Below are positions 48,100 through 56,940 of a stretch of 64,000 nucleotides of DNA, one piece after another. Within the stretch, counting starts at the first letter, position 1, and every line of letters begins with the position of its first letter. The notes below the pieces were generated by a model. It saw only the letters and a program-made list of their open reading frames with translations, had not been told where the DNA came from and did not search any database. A program made the translations under genes and the position numbers. The stretch spans positions 6,195 through 70,194 of the forward strand of contig JACPJO010000001.1 in the NCBI GenBank assembly GCA_016187485.1, written 5' to 3'. This DNA comes from Candidatus Uhrbacteria bacterium. Lineage in GTDB: Bacteria > Patescibacteriota > Patescibacteriia > UBA9934 > UBA10169.

Positions 48100-48666
48100 A
48101 TGCGAACCAACCTATTGTATAAAATCTTGATAACAGGTTACTCATTTTCAATATTTTCAGAGGCGGTTATTTTACCCATTTATGCGGTGTTTGTGCAGGG
48201 CATTGGCGGTGATATTTTGGATGCAGCCGGGGCGATGGCTGTTTTTTTGATTACACAAGGATTATTCACGATTGTTACCCATCGTTTTTTCTGGGTTCAT
48301 CGGCACAGCATTCCCGTGATGGTCGGCGGCTGGGCGGTGTGGGTATCCGGGATTGCTATGTACCTCATGGTTTCCAACGTCTTGACTTTGTTTATTGCCC
48401 AAATATTTATCGCCCTAGGAAACGCCATTGCCGATCCGATATTCGACAAAGAATTAGCTCGCCACACCGACCATAAAAATGAAGAATTTGAATGGGGAGT
48501 TTTTGAAGGTAGCCAATCGATCATTCAAGGGGTAGCCGCTGTAATTGGAGGACTCATCGTTTCTTTATTTAGTTTTCAGGTTTTGATTTATCTCATGGTT
48601 GCGACAGCGACTGTTTCTCTTGGGATGATCATTTTTTATTACTCGAAAATCCGGAAAGATGTATAG
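48100..48666 (+). CDS. Half-size (6-TM) MFS-like protein
   Basis: PIYAVFVQGIGGDILDA; six hydrophobic segments. Confidence 0.75.
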   Translation: MRTNLLYKILITGYSFSIFSEAVILPIYAVFVQGIGGDILDAAGAMAVFLITQGLFTIVTHRFFWVHRHSIPVMVGGWAVWVSGIAMYLMVSNVLTLFIAQIFIALGNAIADPIFDKELARHTDHKNEEFEWGVFEGSQSIIQGVAAVIGGLIVSLFSFQVLIYLMVATATVSLGMIIFYYSKIRKDV

Positions 48667-48809
48667 ATGGAAACCGATTACATCACTCTGTGAAGACATG
48701 GCGATGGTTCTCACCTCGCTTGCGAACCCCTGCCACGAAAGCATCAGCTCAACCAGTCTGGTGTTTTTGTTTTCAGGTTGCTACCCTTCGATTGGATTTA
48801 ACCTCGTGT

Positions 48810-49382
48810 ATGGCTACCACACACAAAATACTCTTGTTCGGCAAAGCAGGGTCAGGCAAAGACACGCAGGCAGATTTGTTGGCCGCGCGGCTTGGGTTAG
48901 TCAATCTCTCCATGGGAGGCATTTTGCGCGCCGAAGTGGCAGGCGGATCGAAGACCGGCAAGAAAATCGCGCACTACTTGGAGCGAGGTGAGATCATTCC
49001 TCATGATATCGGCCCGCGATTGATGAGGTCCCATGTGTTGGAAGAGACCACGCAGCGGTCCGGATATGTTGTGTCGGGTTTTCCACGCACATTGGACAGC
49101 TTCCAAACTTACCTGGCGTTTGATGCGCCCACGGCACTCGTCGTATTACACGTGCCCGACGAAGTCGCACGCGATCGACTGATCGCTCGCAGGCGACACG
49201 ATGATTACGAGGAGGCAATCAACAAACGCTTAGAATTGTTTCGAGAAGTAGACGAGCAGACCATTGCGTGGGCCAAAACACATACCGCTATTCCGGTGTT
49301 TGAGGTCAATGGTGCCTTGTCTGTGAAACACGTGCACAAGACAATCCTTGAGATGGTCTCCGAATCGTTTACCAAAGAGTAA
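48810..49382 (+). CDS. Adenylate/NMP kinase family protein
   Basis: GKAGSGKDTQA, SMGGILR, GFPRTLD, RRRHDD. Confidence 0.9.
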   Translation: MATTHKILLFGKAGSGKDTQADLLAARLGLVNLSMGGILRAEVAGGSKTGKKIAHYLERGEIIPHDIGPRLMRSHVLEETTQRSGYVVSGFPRTLDSFQTYLAFDAPTALVVLHVPDEVARDRLIARRRHDDYEEAINKRLELFREVDEQTIAWAKTHTAIPVFEVNGALSVKHVHKTILEMVSESFTKE

Positions 49383-49445
49383 TTTTAAAACGTCCAGGAG
49401 CTGGTCATCTGTGCAAACGTTGGTATGTGTGTAGTAGAGGGCATG

Positions 49446-49483
49446 TTAAACAAGAGACTCTGTTGCCAGAGTCTCTTGTTTAA
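49446..49483. terminator. Perfect 17-bp inverted repeat between convergent genes
   Basis: TTAAACAAGAGACTCTG-TTGC-CAGAGTCTCTTGTTTAA. Confidence 0.75.
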
Positions 49484-49507
49484 TGAAATGAGATGTTTGA
49501 GGCCAAG

Positions 49508-49633
49508 TTACTTCTTCCCAATATACTTCACCAGTGCAATGATGCCGAGGACGACGAGGATCCAAAGCAAGAGAATCGTGAGTGAACCGAACCCGGAACC
49601 AAAGCCCATCATGTTTGAATAAAAACTCATCAT
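49508..49633 (-). CDS. Small single-TM protein, 41 aa (not in ORF track)
   Basis: MMSFYSNMMGFGSGFGSLTILLLWILVVLGIIALVKYIGKK; TATAAT upstream; terminator downstream. Confidence 0.7.
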   Translation of the reverse strand: MMSFYSNMMGFGSGFGSLTILLLWILVVLGIIALVKYIGKK

Positions 49634-49703
49634 AGAGATGTGAAAAAATGAATAAGAGAGTGGAATAAGAACCATTATACTCTTCATTCATCAAAGACGA
49701 GAG

Positions 49704-50666
49704 TCAAGGGAGGAGGTAGTAGAGACGGCGTGTCCCCGATTTAGTAAGCAGGAATCTTTGTACTTCCAGCTCGTGCAAATGAAACAAAAGGGAAAATGTG
49801 CTTGTTTTTCCCGCACGAAGGGGATCTGACCCAGAAATACTTCGACAGACAAGATACCCACCGAACGGTTCGCACAACCAGTCGGAATTTCCCGCGCCTT
49901 TCCCATTGATGTCTACGTCCGTGATTACCTGTTCCGGGAGATTCTTGAGATCTATACCGAGAGCAACAACGCCGTTTTCTTGGTTTTGTATGGAAATGCG
50001 CTCCTCCACGACATTTGGTTCGAAATACGGCGCACGTTCCCTGCTGAATCGAATGAAGGGTGCTTGAGTCCACCGAACGTGATTACTCATTGGCAAAAAC
50101 GATGAGAGGTCGGCATCGTCCGTGATTTTTTCTTTTGCTTTATCTACGGCCCATGTTGCCGCTTCAAAACCGAACGTTGCAGCCAGAAACGAGCCGAGAC
50201 CAAGAAAGCCACGAAACCATCTCCCGATTTTTCCGAAAACACCTGGCCGAATGTTTGATGTTGATGCAAGAGGGCGCAACGGTTTGTTGTGCTCTGCGAG
50301 TTCCTTAATCATCTTCTCGCGCAGACGTGCCTCATCGGTGAGAGGGGGATGTGCAGGCTTGCCGGTGAGATTTTCAAGCTGTCTCGTTAGCCGGGCTTTT
50401 TCCAGCAGGAGGTCCTGTATTTTCTTAATGACACGTTTTGACGAAAACCTGTCAAAAAACGTACGATGGACGTTCTTATTATCGCGGATGTAGCGTTGCA
50501 GAGTCTCTTCGTAGTGGGGGCCGTAGGATTGTAGGCGTCTTTCGCACTTCACCAATGTGCGACGAATAATCTGCTCGTCACTTTGTCCAAGCAGACGCCA
50601 AAATTTTCGCGCAAGCCACTCAACGAACGATTCCTTCGCCGGAATGGTTGGTTTGACACTCGGCAT
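49704..50666 (-). CDS. Hypothetical membrane protein
   Basis: 320 aa ORF with a central hydrophobic segment; TGCTAAAAT 7 nt before ATG. Confidence 0.65.
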   Translation of the reverse strand: MPSVKPTIPAKESFVEWLARKFWRLLGQSDEQIIRRTLVKCERRLQSYGPHYEETLQRYIRDNKNVHRTFFDRFSSKRVIKKIQDLLLEKARLTRQLENLTGKPAHPPLTDEARLREKMIKELAEHNKPLRPLASTSNIRPGVFGKIGRWFRGFLGLGSFLAATFGFEAATWAVDKAKEKITDDADLSSFLPMSNHVRWTQAPFIRFSRERAPYFEPNVVEERISIQNQENGVVALGIDLKNLPEQVITDVDINGKGAGNSDWLCEPFGGYLVCRSISGSDPLRAGKTSTFSLLFHLHELEVQRFLLTKSGTRRLYYLLP

Positions 50667-50818
50667 ATGCCTTTATTTTAGCACATATGTCCTACGTTCA
50701 TTCTTGAAGGATGGAAAAGCCATCTTCTGATAATCATCCACAGAGCGGTACTCACCTTTTGTGAGCAGTGGTACCATTAATGCTGATCGGCCAGTTAATG
50801 GCCCATAAAATTTTTCCT

Positions 50819-51079
50819 ATGACGACACCATCGTCTTCTCACGCCGCTCGCATCGGCGGTTTTCTTGTTGTTCTTTATGCGGTCTGTCTTATTTGGCCCG
50901 CTGTATTTCCCTATGAAGCGGCGGTCCGTGAATTCCATCTTCTCTCACTCAAACTGGCGTTCCCGGGTTTTCAGGGAATGGCTGTGGGGAGCATTATATG
51001 GGGTGGTGTGTTGAGTTTTGTATACGGATTCGTCGGTTCCTACATTTTCCACGCACTTCATAAGAACTGCTGCAAGTAA
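50819..51079 (+). CDS. Small membrane protein (DUF5676-like)
   Basis: LYAVCL...FPGF...IIWGGVLSFVYGF. Confidence 0.6.
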   Translation: MTTPSSSHAARIGGFLVVLYAVCLIWPAVFPYEAAVREFHLLSLKLAFPGFQGMAVGSIIWGGVLSFVYGFVGSYIFHALHKNCCK

Positions 51080-51128
51080 GCGTGAAATACATGTGTAGGA
51101 GAGACGGCCCACGATGTGGGCCTAATGG

Positions 51129-51452
51129 TTACATTTTCGGAATCTGATCAATTGCTCGTGCAAGAATGAAATCGTTTTCAGTTAGTCCATTCGCTGCGTG
51201 TGTTCTGAGAGAAACTTTCACGCGGCCCCAGCCAATTTCAAGATCGGGGTGATGCCTCTCGGCTTCCGCAATCTCTCCAACCTTGTTTGCAAACGCCAGC
51301 GCGTCCTTAAAGTTTTTGAATTTCCATTCTCGCCGAATCGAGCGCTCTTCCTCCACCTTCCACTGTGCGTCAATTTGTTGCACTAACTCCCGCACGTTCT
51401 CTGATGAAAGCGCGGTAGCCCCGCCCTCGCACGGCACGCAGTGTAATTTCAT
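51129..51452 (-). CDS. Pterin-4-alpha-carbinolamine dehydratase
   Basis: CVPCEGG, AEAERHHPDL, THAANGLTENDFILA. Confidence 0.95.
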   Translation of the reverse strand: MKLHCVPCEGGATALSSENVRELVQQIDAQWKVEEERSIRREWKFKNFKDALAFANKVGEIAEAERHHPDLEIGWGRVKVSLRTHAANGLTENDFILARAIDQIPKM

Positions 51453-51566
51453 AGGTGGATGATGTTCACAAGCACTCTAAAACGTTCGGCCCATGGCGTC
51501 AATTTTCTGTGTCTTGGAACCTTCTTGGTCAGCTCGTGAGTGGTTTTGTGCTAAGATGATGCCGAT

Positions 51567-52823
51567 ATGCTGCGGATTCTCAACTTTTTCAGACGTGAAT
51601 GGGCGTATCTCTGCGAGGTGTCGGTTGATCAGCGACGATTGCTCGGCGGAGCCTTTCTTTACGGCGTAGCGACACCGGTTGTTTATGTCTTCTCGAATAC
51701 CTATTTGTGGCGCCAGTCGGCAGACCCCATCGTGCTTGCTCTTTTTAATACAGGATTTTTTGGCGGTCTGTGGTTTGGTTTTCTTGGGAACGGCCTTCTT
51801 TTGCGCCGGTTTGCTTCGCCGCGACTCTATTTTCTTGGCTGTCTTCTACAAGGTCTTGTACCGATTACTCTCGTAACTCTGCATGCAAAGGCCGATAGCG
51901 TCGCTCTTCTTCTTGGACTCGTTTTGGGCGTCGCCGGCGGTTTTTATTGGGGCAATCGAAATTATCTCACGTCGGAACTCACTGTAGGACCGCGCCGGCT
52001 AAAGTTCATCAGTCTTGAGTCTACGGCCACTCTTCTTGCGGCGGTGCTTTCCCCAGTCATTACCGGTTGGCTCTTGGTGCTTGGTGAGCGCACCGGATGG
52101 TATACAACGCAAAGCGCGTATCAAGTAGCGGCCGGGTTTGCGTTTGTCGTGCTCATTGTGGCAGGGCTTCTTGTGGCGCACATCACGCACGTACTTCCTC
52201 CGCTTGAACATCTGCGCATTCATTCGCGGAGGGGACGGTGGAACCAATTGCGCCTGCTGGAAGTTTTCAACGGATTTGTTGACGGCCTTGAGGGGGCGAT
52301 CCCGCTCGTGATCCTGCTTACCTTTGTCGGTCTTGAGCACGCCATTGGCACGATTGATTCTTTGGCGGCCATCCTTGCCTCTCTCGGACTCTATCTCATC
52401 GGCAAGTGGGCACGGCACGATCATCACATCAACCTTCTCCGCCTATGGGTCGTGTTTACGTTTCTTGGCCGCGCTCTCTTTAGTCTTCTTTACTCAACGG
52501 CTGGCGCACTTGTTTTCTACACGGTGGAGGGGTTTGTTGGGGGGTTCCGGTGGAATTCCATGGTGAGTGTGGTCTACGAGACGATTGACCGCGAGCAGGA
52601 CGGGCAGGCGAGCGCGCGGCGCTACGCGTACCTTACCGACCGCGAGCTGTTTCTCAACGCTGGCCGTGTTTCCGCCCTTCTCTTGTTCATTGTTCTTTAC
52701 GCGAACGCCCCTGAATTCACCATCCGTTACGGGCTTCTTCTCGGTCTTGCCGCCCAGATTCCTTTGCTGGTACTTGCGAAGAAACAAATTCGTCCGCGAG
52801 CGCAGTTAGATTCGCCACTCTGA
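51567..52823 (+). CDS. MFS transporter
   Basis: About 12 TMs; RELFLNAGR. Confidence 0.8.
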   Translation: MLRILNFFRREWAYLCEVSVDQRRLLGGAFLYGVATPVVYVFSNTYLWRQSADPIVLALFNTGFFGGLWFGFLGNGLLLRRFASPRLYFLGCLLQGLVPITLVTLHAKADSVALLLGLVLGVAGGFYWGNRNYLTSELTVGPRRLKFISLESTATLLAAVLSPVITGWLLVLGERTGWYTTQSAYQVAAGFAFVVLIVAGLLVAHITHVLPPLEHLRIHSRRGRWNQLRLLEVFNGFVDGLEGAIPLVILLTFVGLEHAIGTIDSLAAILASLGLYLIGKWARHDHHINLLRLWVVFTFLGRALFSLLYSTAGALVFYTVEGFVGGFRWNSMVSVVYETIDREQDGQASARRYAYLTDRELFLNAGRVSALLLFIVLYANAPEFTIRYGLLLGLAAQIPLLVLAKKQIRPRAQLDSPL

Positions 52824-52872
52824 AAGATTTTCCCTGCCCACACGTCTACTGGCAGAAGGGAGACGTATAGGC

Positions 52873-52903
52873 GTAAGATAAAAAAGAGATGACCGTCACA
52901 TAG
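52873..52903 (+). promoter_or_regulatory. Putative ECF sigma autoregulatory promoter (leaderless)
   Basis: GTAAGA-N15-CGTCACATAG directly before the ATG; second copy at 53500-53530. Confidence 0.7.
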
Positions 52904-52904
52904 T

Positions 52905-53396
52905 ATGACGCCCCAAGAGAAGTTCCTGGAAGGCTACGACAAGTACGCAGATGCGATCTTTCGACACTGCCTGTTTCGCATCTTTTCCCGCGAACGGGCG
53001 GAAGAACTAGCTCAGGAAGTTTTTACCCGCACATGGGCGGTTATGTGTCGAGGAGAGCACATCCTTAATTTCCGCGCGTACCTCTACCGTGTGGCGAATC
53101 ATCTCGTGATTGACGAGGTGCGGAAGAAGAGGCCCTCCCTCACGGTAGACGAACTGCTGGAAAAGGGGATTGAGCCCTCTACGGACGAACACAAGCGCCT
53201 TCCGGACCTTCTCGAGGGACGTCGAATTTTAGAAAGACTGGAACAGCTGCCGGAGGACGATCGCGAAGTCCTTCTTCTGCGCTATGTGGACGGACTCGGT
53301 CCCAAAGAAATCGCCGACCTTCTTCATTGCGAACCCAACACGGTCTCTGTGCGAATCCACCGGGCCGTGAAACGTCTGCGTGACCTCTATGTTTAA
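52905..53396 (+). CDS. ECF RNA polymerase sigma factor
   Basis: AEELAQEVFTRTW, YLYRVANHLVID, EIADLL...TVSVRIHRA. Confidence 0.95.
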   Translation: MTPQEKFLEGYDKYADAIFRHCLFRIFSRERAEELAQEVFTRTWAVMCRGEHILNFRAYLYRVANHLVIDEVRKKRPSLTVDELLEKGIEPSTDEHKRLPDLLEGRRILERLEQLPEDDREVLLLRYVDGLGPKEIADLLHCEPNTVSVRIHRAVKRLRDLYV

Positions 53397-54606
53397 CACG
53401 CCATTACGACAACTTAAGGAGCTCAAAAAAGCACGGCTTTCTTTGGATCGCCGCGCGGCTGTTCGCGAAAACGTAAAAGCGTTTATGGCGGCCAATCCCG
53501 TAAGAGACGCGGAGGCGTTCCGTCACATAGGACAGATGCGGCCGAGCATCTTTTATCTACTTCACTTTAAACCTATGATCGCTATCATTCTTGCTCTCGC
53601 CATTTTGGCGGGGGGTGGAGCGTCCGCGGCGGCGCAAGGCGCTTTGCCGGGAGATGCCCTTTACCCGGTGAAGACCGAGGTGAACGAACGCGTGCGCGTG
53701 TGGTTTGCGGGAGATACAGAAGCGCGTGCGCACGTGGAAGCGGCGCTGGCCGAACGACGCTTGGAAGAGGCGGAGAAATTGTCGGTGCGGGCGGACATTG
53801 GAGCAGATGCAGAGGAACGGATTGAGGCAAACTTCGACGCATTCGCGAAGCGTGTGGCTGACCGTGCAGCAAGGCTTGAGGCAGACGGGAATGCAGGAGC
53901 CGCGGCGGCAGTAACCGCCAGGTTCGAAGCGGCGCTTGAGGCGCACAGTGACATCCTTGCACGTCTCAAAGAGGCACAGGAGGCACAAATAGACGAGGAT
54001 GACGATGATGCGGCGGTGCTTGGAAAAATTCGCGTGCGCGTAGAGAATCGCCGTGAGGACGCGGGCGAAGCACGCGCGCGTGTGGAGGCGAAACTTCGTG
54101 CAACAGTCGAAAATGCGCCCGATATAGAGGCGGCGGCGCGTGGACGGCGCCAGGTGGTAGAGAATAAAATTAGAGAAGTGTCGCTCATGCTTGAGCGGGT
54201 GGGTGGGCGCGTGAGCGCGGAGACGGCGGCACAGGCGGCGGCGAAGGTTGAGGCAGCCAAAGCGCTTCTCGCGAAGGGAGATGCGTCTGTGGAGGCAGAA
54301 GCGTATGCGCAAGCCATTGCAGATTATACGAACGCGCATATCGAGGCACAGAATGCCCAGCGTCTCATTGTGGCGAATATGGAACTCGGTATCTCTGCCA
54401 TACTTGGGGCGACGGTAAGGGCAGATCGTGGTGACGAGGAGGAAAAGAGTGACGAGAAAAATCAAGCACAGAAAGAGGACGAAGATCGTGACGAGGACAA
54501 AGAAGAGGTAAATGAAGTCGAGGCAGAAGTCGATGTGGGAGCGGACACGTCTGTAGGAAATGTCCGCGCGAACATCAATGCAGGTGCCAGCGTTAATCTC
54601 CGATAG
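53389..54606 (+). CDS. DUF5667 domain protein, putative anti-sigma/surface protein
   Basis: ALPGDALYPVK...ERRLEEA; TM/signal at residues ~63-82; coupled to sigma gene. Confidence 0.85.
   Translation: MFNTPLRQLKELKKARLSLDRRAAVRENVKAFMAANPVRDAEAFRHIGQMRPSIFYLLHFKPMIAIILALAILAGGGASAAAQGALPGDALYPVKTEVNERVRVWFAGDTEARAHVEAALAERRLEEAEKLSVRADIGADAEERIEANFDAFAKRVADRAARLEADGNAGAAAAVTARFEAALEAHSDILARLKEAQEAQIDEDDDDAAVLGKIRVRVENRREDAGEARARVEAKLRATVENAPDIEAAARGRRQVVENKIREVSLMLERVGGRVSAETAAQAAAKVEAAKALLAKGDASVEAEAYAQAIADYTNAHIEAQNAQRLIVANMELGISAILGATVRADRGDEEEKSDEKNQAQKEDEDRDEDKEEVNEVEAEVDVGADTSVGNVRANINAGASVNLR
53500..53530 (+). promoter_or_regulatory. Internal copy of the ECF promoter motif
   Basis: GTAAGA-N15-CGTCACATAG, in-frame ATG at 53536. 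Confidence 0.65.
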
Positions 54607-54615
54607 AGAAAAATC

Positions 54616-54645
54616 AAAAGAACCGGCTTTCGCCGGTTCTTTTTT
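54616..54645. terminator. Bidirectional intrinsic terminator
   Basis: AAAAGAACCGGC-TTTC-GCCGGTTCTTTT. Confidence 0.85.
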
Positions 54646-54651
54646 GTGGGA

Positions 54652-55287
54652 TTATCGAGAGGTAAGACGCTGCGCAAAAATATCTTGGAAGAGGACTTCT
54701 GCATCTTCCGTGTACAGTCCCACACGGCCGGTAGTGTCGAGGATGTCGTTCTCACTCATGGCGTAGCGCGCAACTTCTTGTCCATTGACGAAGACAAAGA
54801 TACGGCTGCTTCGTACGACAAGTGTTACATCGTAGCTTTGGCCGATGGGAAAAGAGAGGTCCCCGACGCGCGAGGTGTATAAAAAGTTTTGCTCTCCAGG
54901 CCCGAGGTACTCACCAATCTCCACGCCATATCCATCCGGTTTCAAGATAAGATATTTAAAACGGCCGTCCGGCTTGTAGTCAAACAAGAGCCAGCCGGTT
55001 TCCCACGGGTTTGGAGGCGAACCGGTACGCAATTGTCGGACAGGTGTCATGGTCGTGCGAAACACGTAAGGTTCCGAGAGCGGGTATTTGGCAAGGACAA
55101 GAGACGCGTGTGTCTCGCTCGGTTCCACAGATGCTTTGGGTACAAGAGACCATGTGCCGTTTTCAAAAAGATTTGTCCCGTACCCATTGTAGACGTCGAG
55201 CCATCGGCTTGGTTGCGTAAGGTACGCGGCATGGGTTTGCGGGGCAAAGAGGATGAAAAGAAGGAAAATTGAGGCGAGAAATTTCAT
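54652..55287 (-). CDS. Secreted ConA/LamG-like beta-sandwich protein
   Basis: Signal peptide; QLRTGSPPNPWETGW; IFVFVNG...GRVGLYTEDAEVLFQDI. Confidence 0.7.
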   Translation of the reverse strand: MKFLASIFLLFILFAPQTHAAYLTQPSRWLDVYNGYGTNLFENGTWSLVPKASVEPSETHASLVLAKYPLSEPYVFRTTMTPVRQLRTGSPPNPWETGWLLFDYKPDGRFKYLILKPDGYGVEIGEYLGPGEQNFLYTSRVGDLSFPIGQSYDVTLVVRSSRIFVFVNGQEVARYAMSENDILDTTGRVGLYTEDAEVLFQDIFAQRLTSR

Positions 55288-55346
55288 ATAAAAGCACCTT
55301 AGCACAAACGAAAGAAGCGCCAAAGCGCTTCGAGAAAGAAAGGACT

Positions 55347-56069
55347 CTAGAGGCCGGCGAAGGCGAAGTCGTAGCCCTCGCGTGTGATAGCGAAGGTGCC
55401 ATCGCTCTTCTTCACGAGCCAGCCCATGCCAACCAGGTGGCGAAGAGCGCCCGCCGCCGACCGCGGGTTGTCGTAGGGAGGCGCGATGGTTTCGAGAGCG
55501 TCTTCCCGCGAGAGCGGTTCGCAGTCGCGCCGGACTTGCGCTCGCGCGTGCTTGCGCAAAGCGGCAGCGGCAAGACGCCGGCGCCGGTCCCTTGCTCCGC
55601 AGAAGTCGAAGATCGCGGTGAAGCTGTCGATGGTGTCGCCCAGACACATCTGATCCATCTCTGACAAAGCAGAGAGCGTCGCTTCATCGGGTGGGTCGAA
55701 CATTTCTGGCCTGAGGTGGTAGACCACGTTTGGGTCGGCCACAAGCCGGTCATGCAGACGTGCGAGCGCGCTGCTTGCGATGGTGTGAGCCGCTGACGGA
55801 TCTCCGCAGAGCGCAAGACCCGCGAGGATCTTCTCTGCATCGGGATTCACGCTGTAGGACTGGCTTCTCTGGTGGTAGGCCACGAGCCCAGCTTCTCGCA
55901 GAACGGGCAGGTCACTGACGTCCCCGCCTACCTGCTCCACCAGGAACACGACGACCCGGCCGTGGAGCCGGATGTTTTCCGTCACGTTCTCCCAGAGCAA
56001 CAGAGTGCGCACGATGGCCGCACACACGTGTGTCATTTTGGCCTGCCATGCAAGAACGACTTCGGGCAT
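55347..56069 (-). CDS. Hypothetical protein with winged-helix-like segments (GC-rich, SD-led class)
   Basis: TTGACG-17-CATACT, GGAGG-N5-ATG; LREAGLV and LVGMGWLVKKSDGTFAIT. Confidence 0.65.
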   Translation of the reverse strand: MPEVVLAWQAKMTHVCAAIVRTLLLWENVTENIRLHGRVVVFLVEQVGGDVSDLPVLREAGLVAYHQRSQSYSVNPDAEKILAGLALCGDPSAAHTIASSALARLHDRLVADPNVVYHLRPEMFDPPDEATLSALSEMDQMCLGDTIDSFTAIFDFCGARDRRRRLAAAALRKHARAQVRRDCEPLSREDALETIAPPYDNPRSAAGALRHLVGMGWLVKKSDGTFAITREGYDFAFAGL

Positions 56070-56188
56070 ACTGTCCTCCGCTCGTAGTATGGCGTCACTC
56101 CTACTCTCCGTCAACTATCCACACAAAAAACGTTGTCTGGGGAATTTAGTGCTAAAATAAGCTTATCTAAATTTTATTCATTTCGTTT

Positions 56189-56404
56189 ATGATGTCACCA
56201 GCCATGTGCGGGGTACACAAAGTGAGTTGCGTGCTCGTGTTTGTCGGAGCTATTAATTGGGGTCTCGTGGGATTGTTCGACTACAATCTTGTAAACGCCA
56301 TTTTGGGCGGATGGGCGGGTGTAGAGCGCGTGGTGTACGTGCTTGTCGGTTTGGCCGGATTAGCGATGCTTGGGACGCATAAATGTAAGATGTGTAAAGC
56401 GTAA
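56189..56404 (+). CDS. DUF378 small membrane protein
   Basis: VGAINWGLVGLFDYNLV...RVVYVLVGLAG. Confidence 0.93.
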   Translation: MMSPAMCGVHKVSCVLVFVGAINWGLVGLFDYNLVNAILGGWAGVERVVYVLVGLAGLAMLGTHKCKMCKA

Positions 56405-56430
56405 GGAACCTTTAGAACGTTCCCGGAGTC

Positions 56431-56465
56431 AAAGGTGCCGCACCGAATTGGTGCCCGGCACCTTT
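56431..56465. repeat. Nested REP-like palindrome
   Basis: AAAGGTGCCG...CGGCACCTTT enclosing a second CACC/GGTG pair. Confidence 0.6.
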
Positions 56466-56484
56466 TGCGATATAATCAGAGCGT

Positions 56485-56940
56485 ATGAAACTTACCCATC
56501 CCATGGTTCTTCTTCCCTCCGTCATTGTTCTTCTGCTCGTACTTCTTCTTGTGAGCAAAATAGATTGGCAAGCTCTTGAACCAGCGCAAGAAGCGTCGCC
56601 GGCCATCGCCCCCCCGGCAGATGTTGTCACGGAGACGCTTGCAGAGGGCGAGGGCGAAGGGGCGGCAACAGGGGATGTTTTGCGCGTACACTATACGGGG
56701 ACGTTGGTGGACGGAACGAAGTTTGATAGTTCGCTCGATCGTGGCGTGCCGTTTGAGGTGACGCTTGGCACTGGCGCCGTTATTGAGGGGTGGGAACGCG
56801 GACTTCTCGGTATGAAGAAAGGGGAGAAGCGCCGCCTCACTATTCCGCCAGAGCTTGGCTATGGAGACCGACAAGCGGGAGACATCCCGCCGAACTCCAC
56901 GCTGGTTTTTGAGGTGGAGCTTTTGGAAATTAATCCTTAG
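56485..56940 (+). CDS. FKBP-type peptidyl-prolyl isomerase
   Basis: [43 protein letters not shown]. Confidence 0.97.
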   Translation: MKLTHPMVLLPSVIVLLLVLLLVSKIDWQALEPAQEASPAIAPPADVVTETLAEGEGEGAATGDVLRVHYTGTLVDGTKFDSSLDRGVPFEVTLGTGAVIEGWERGLLGMKKGEKRRLTIPPELGYGDRQAGDIPPNSTLVFEVELLEINP

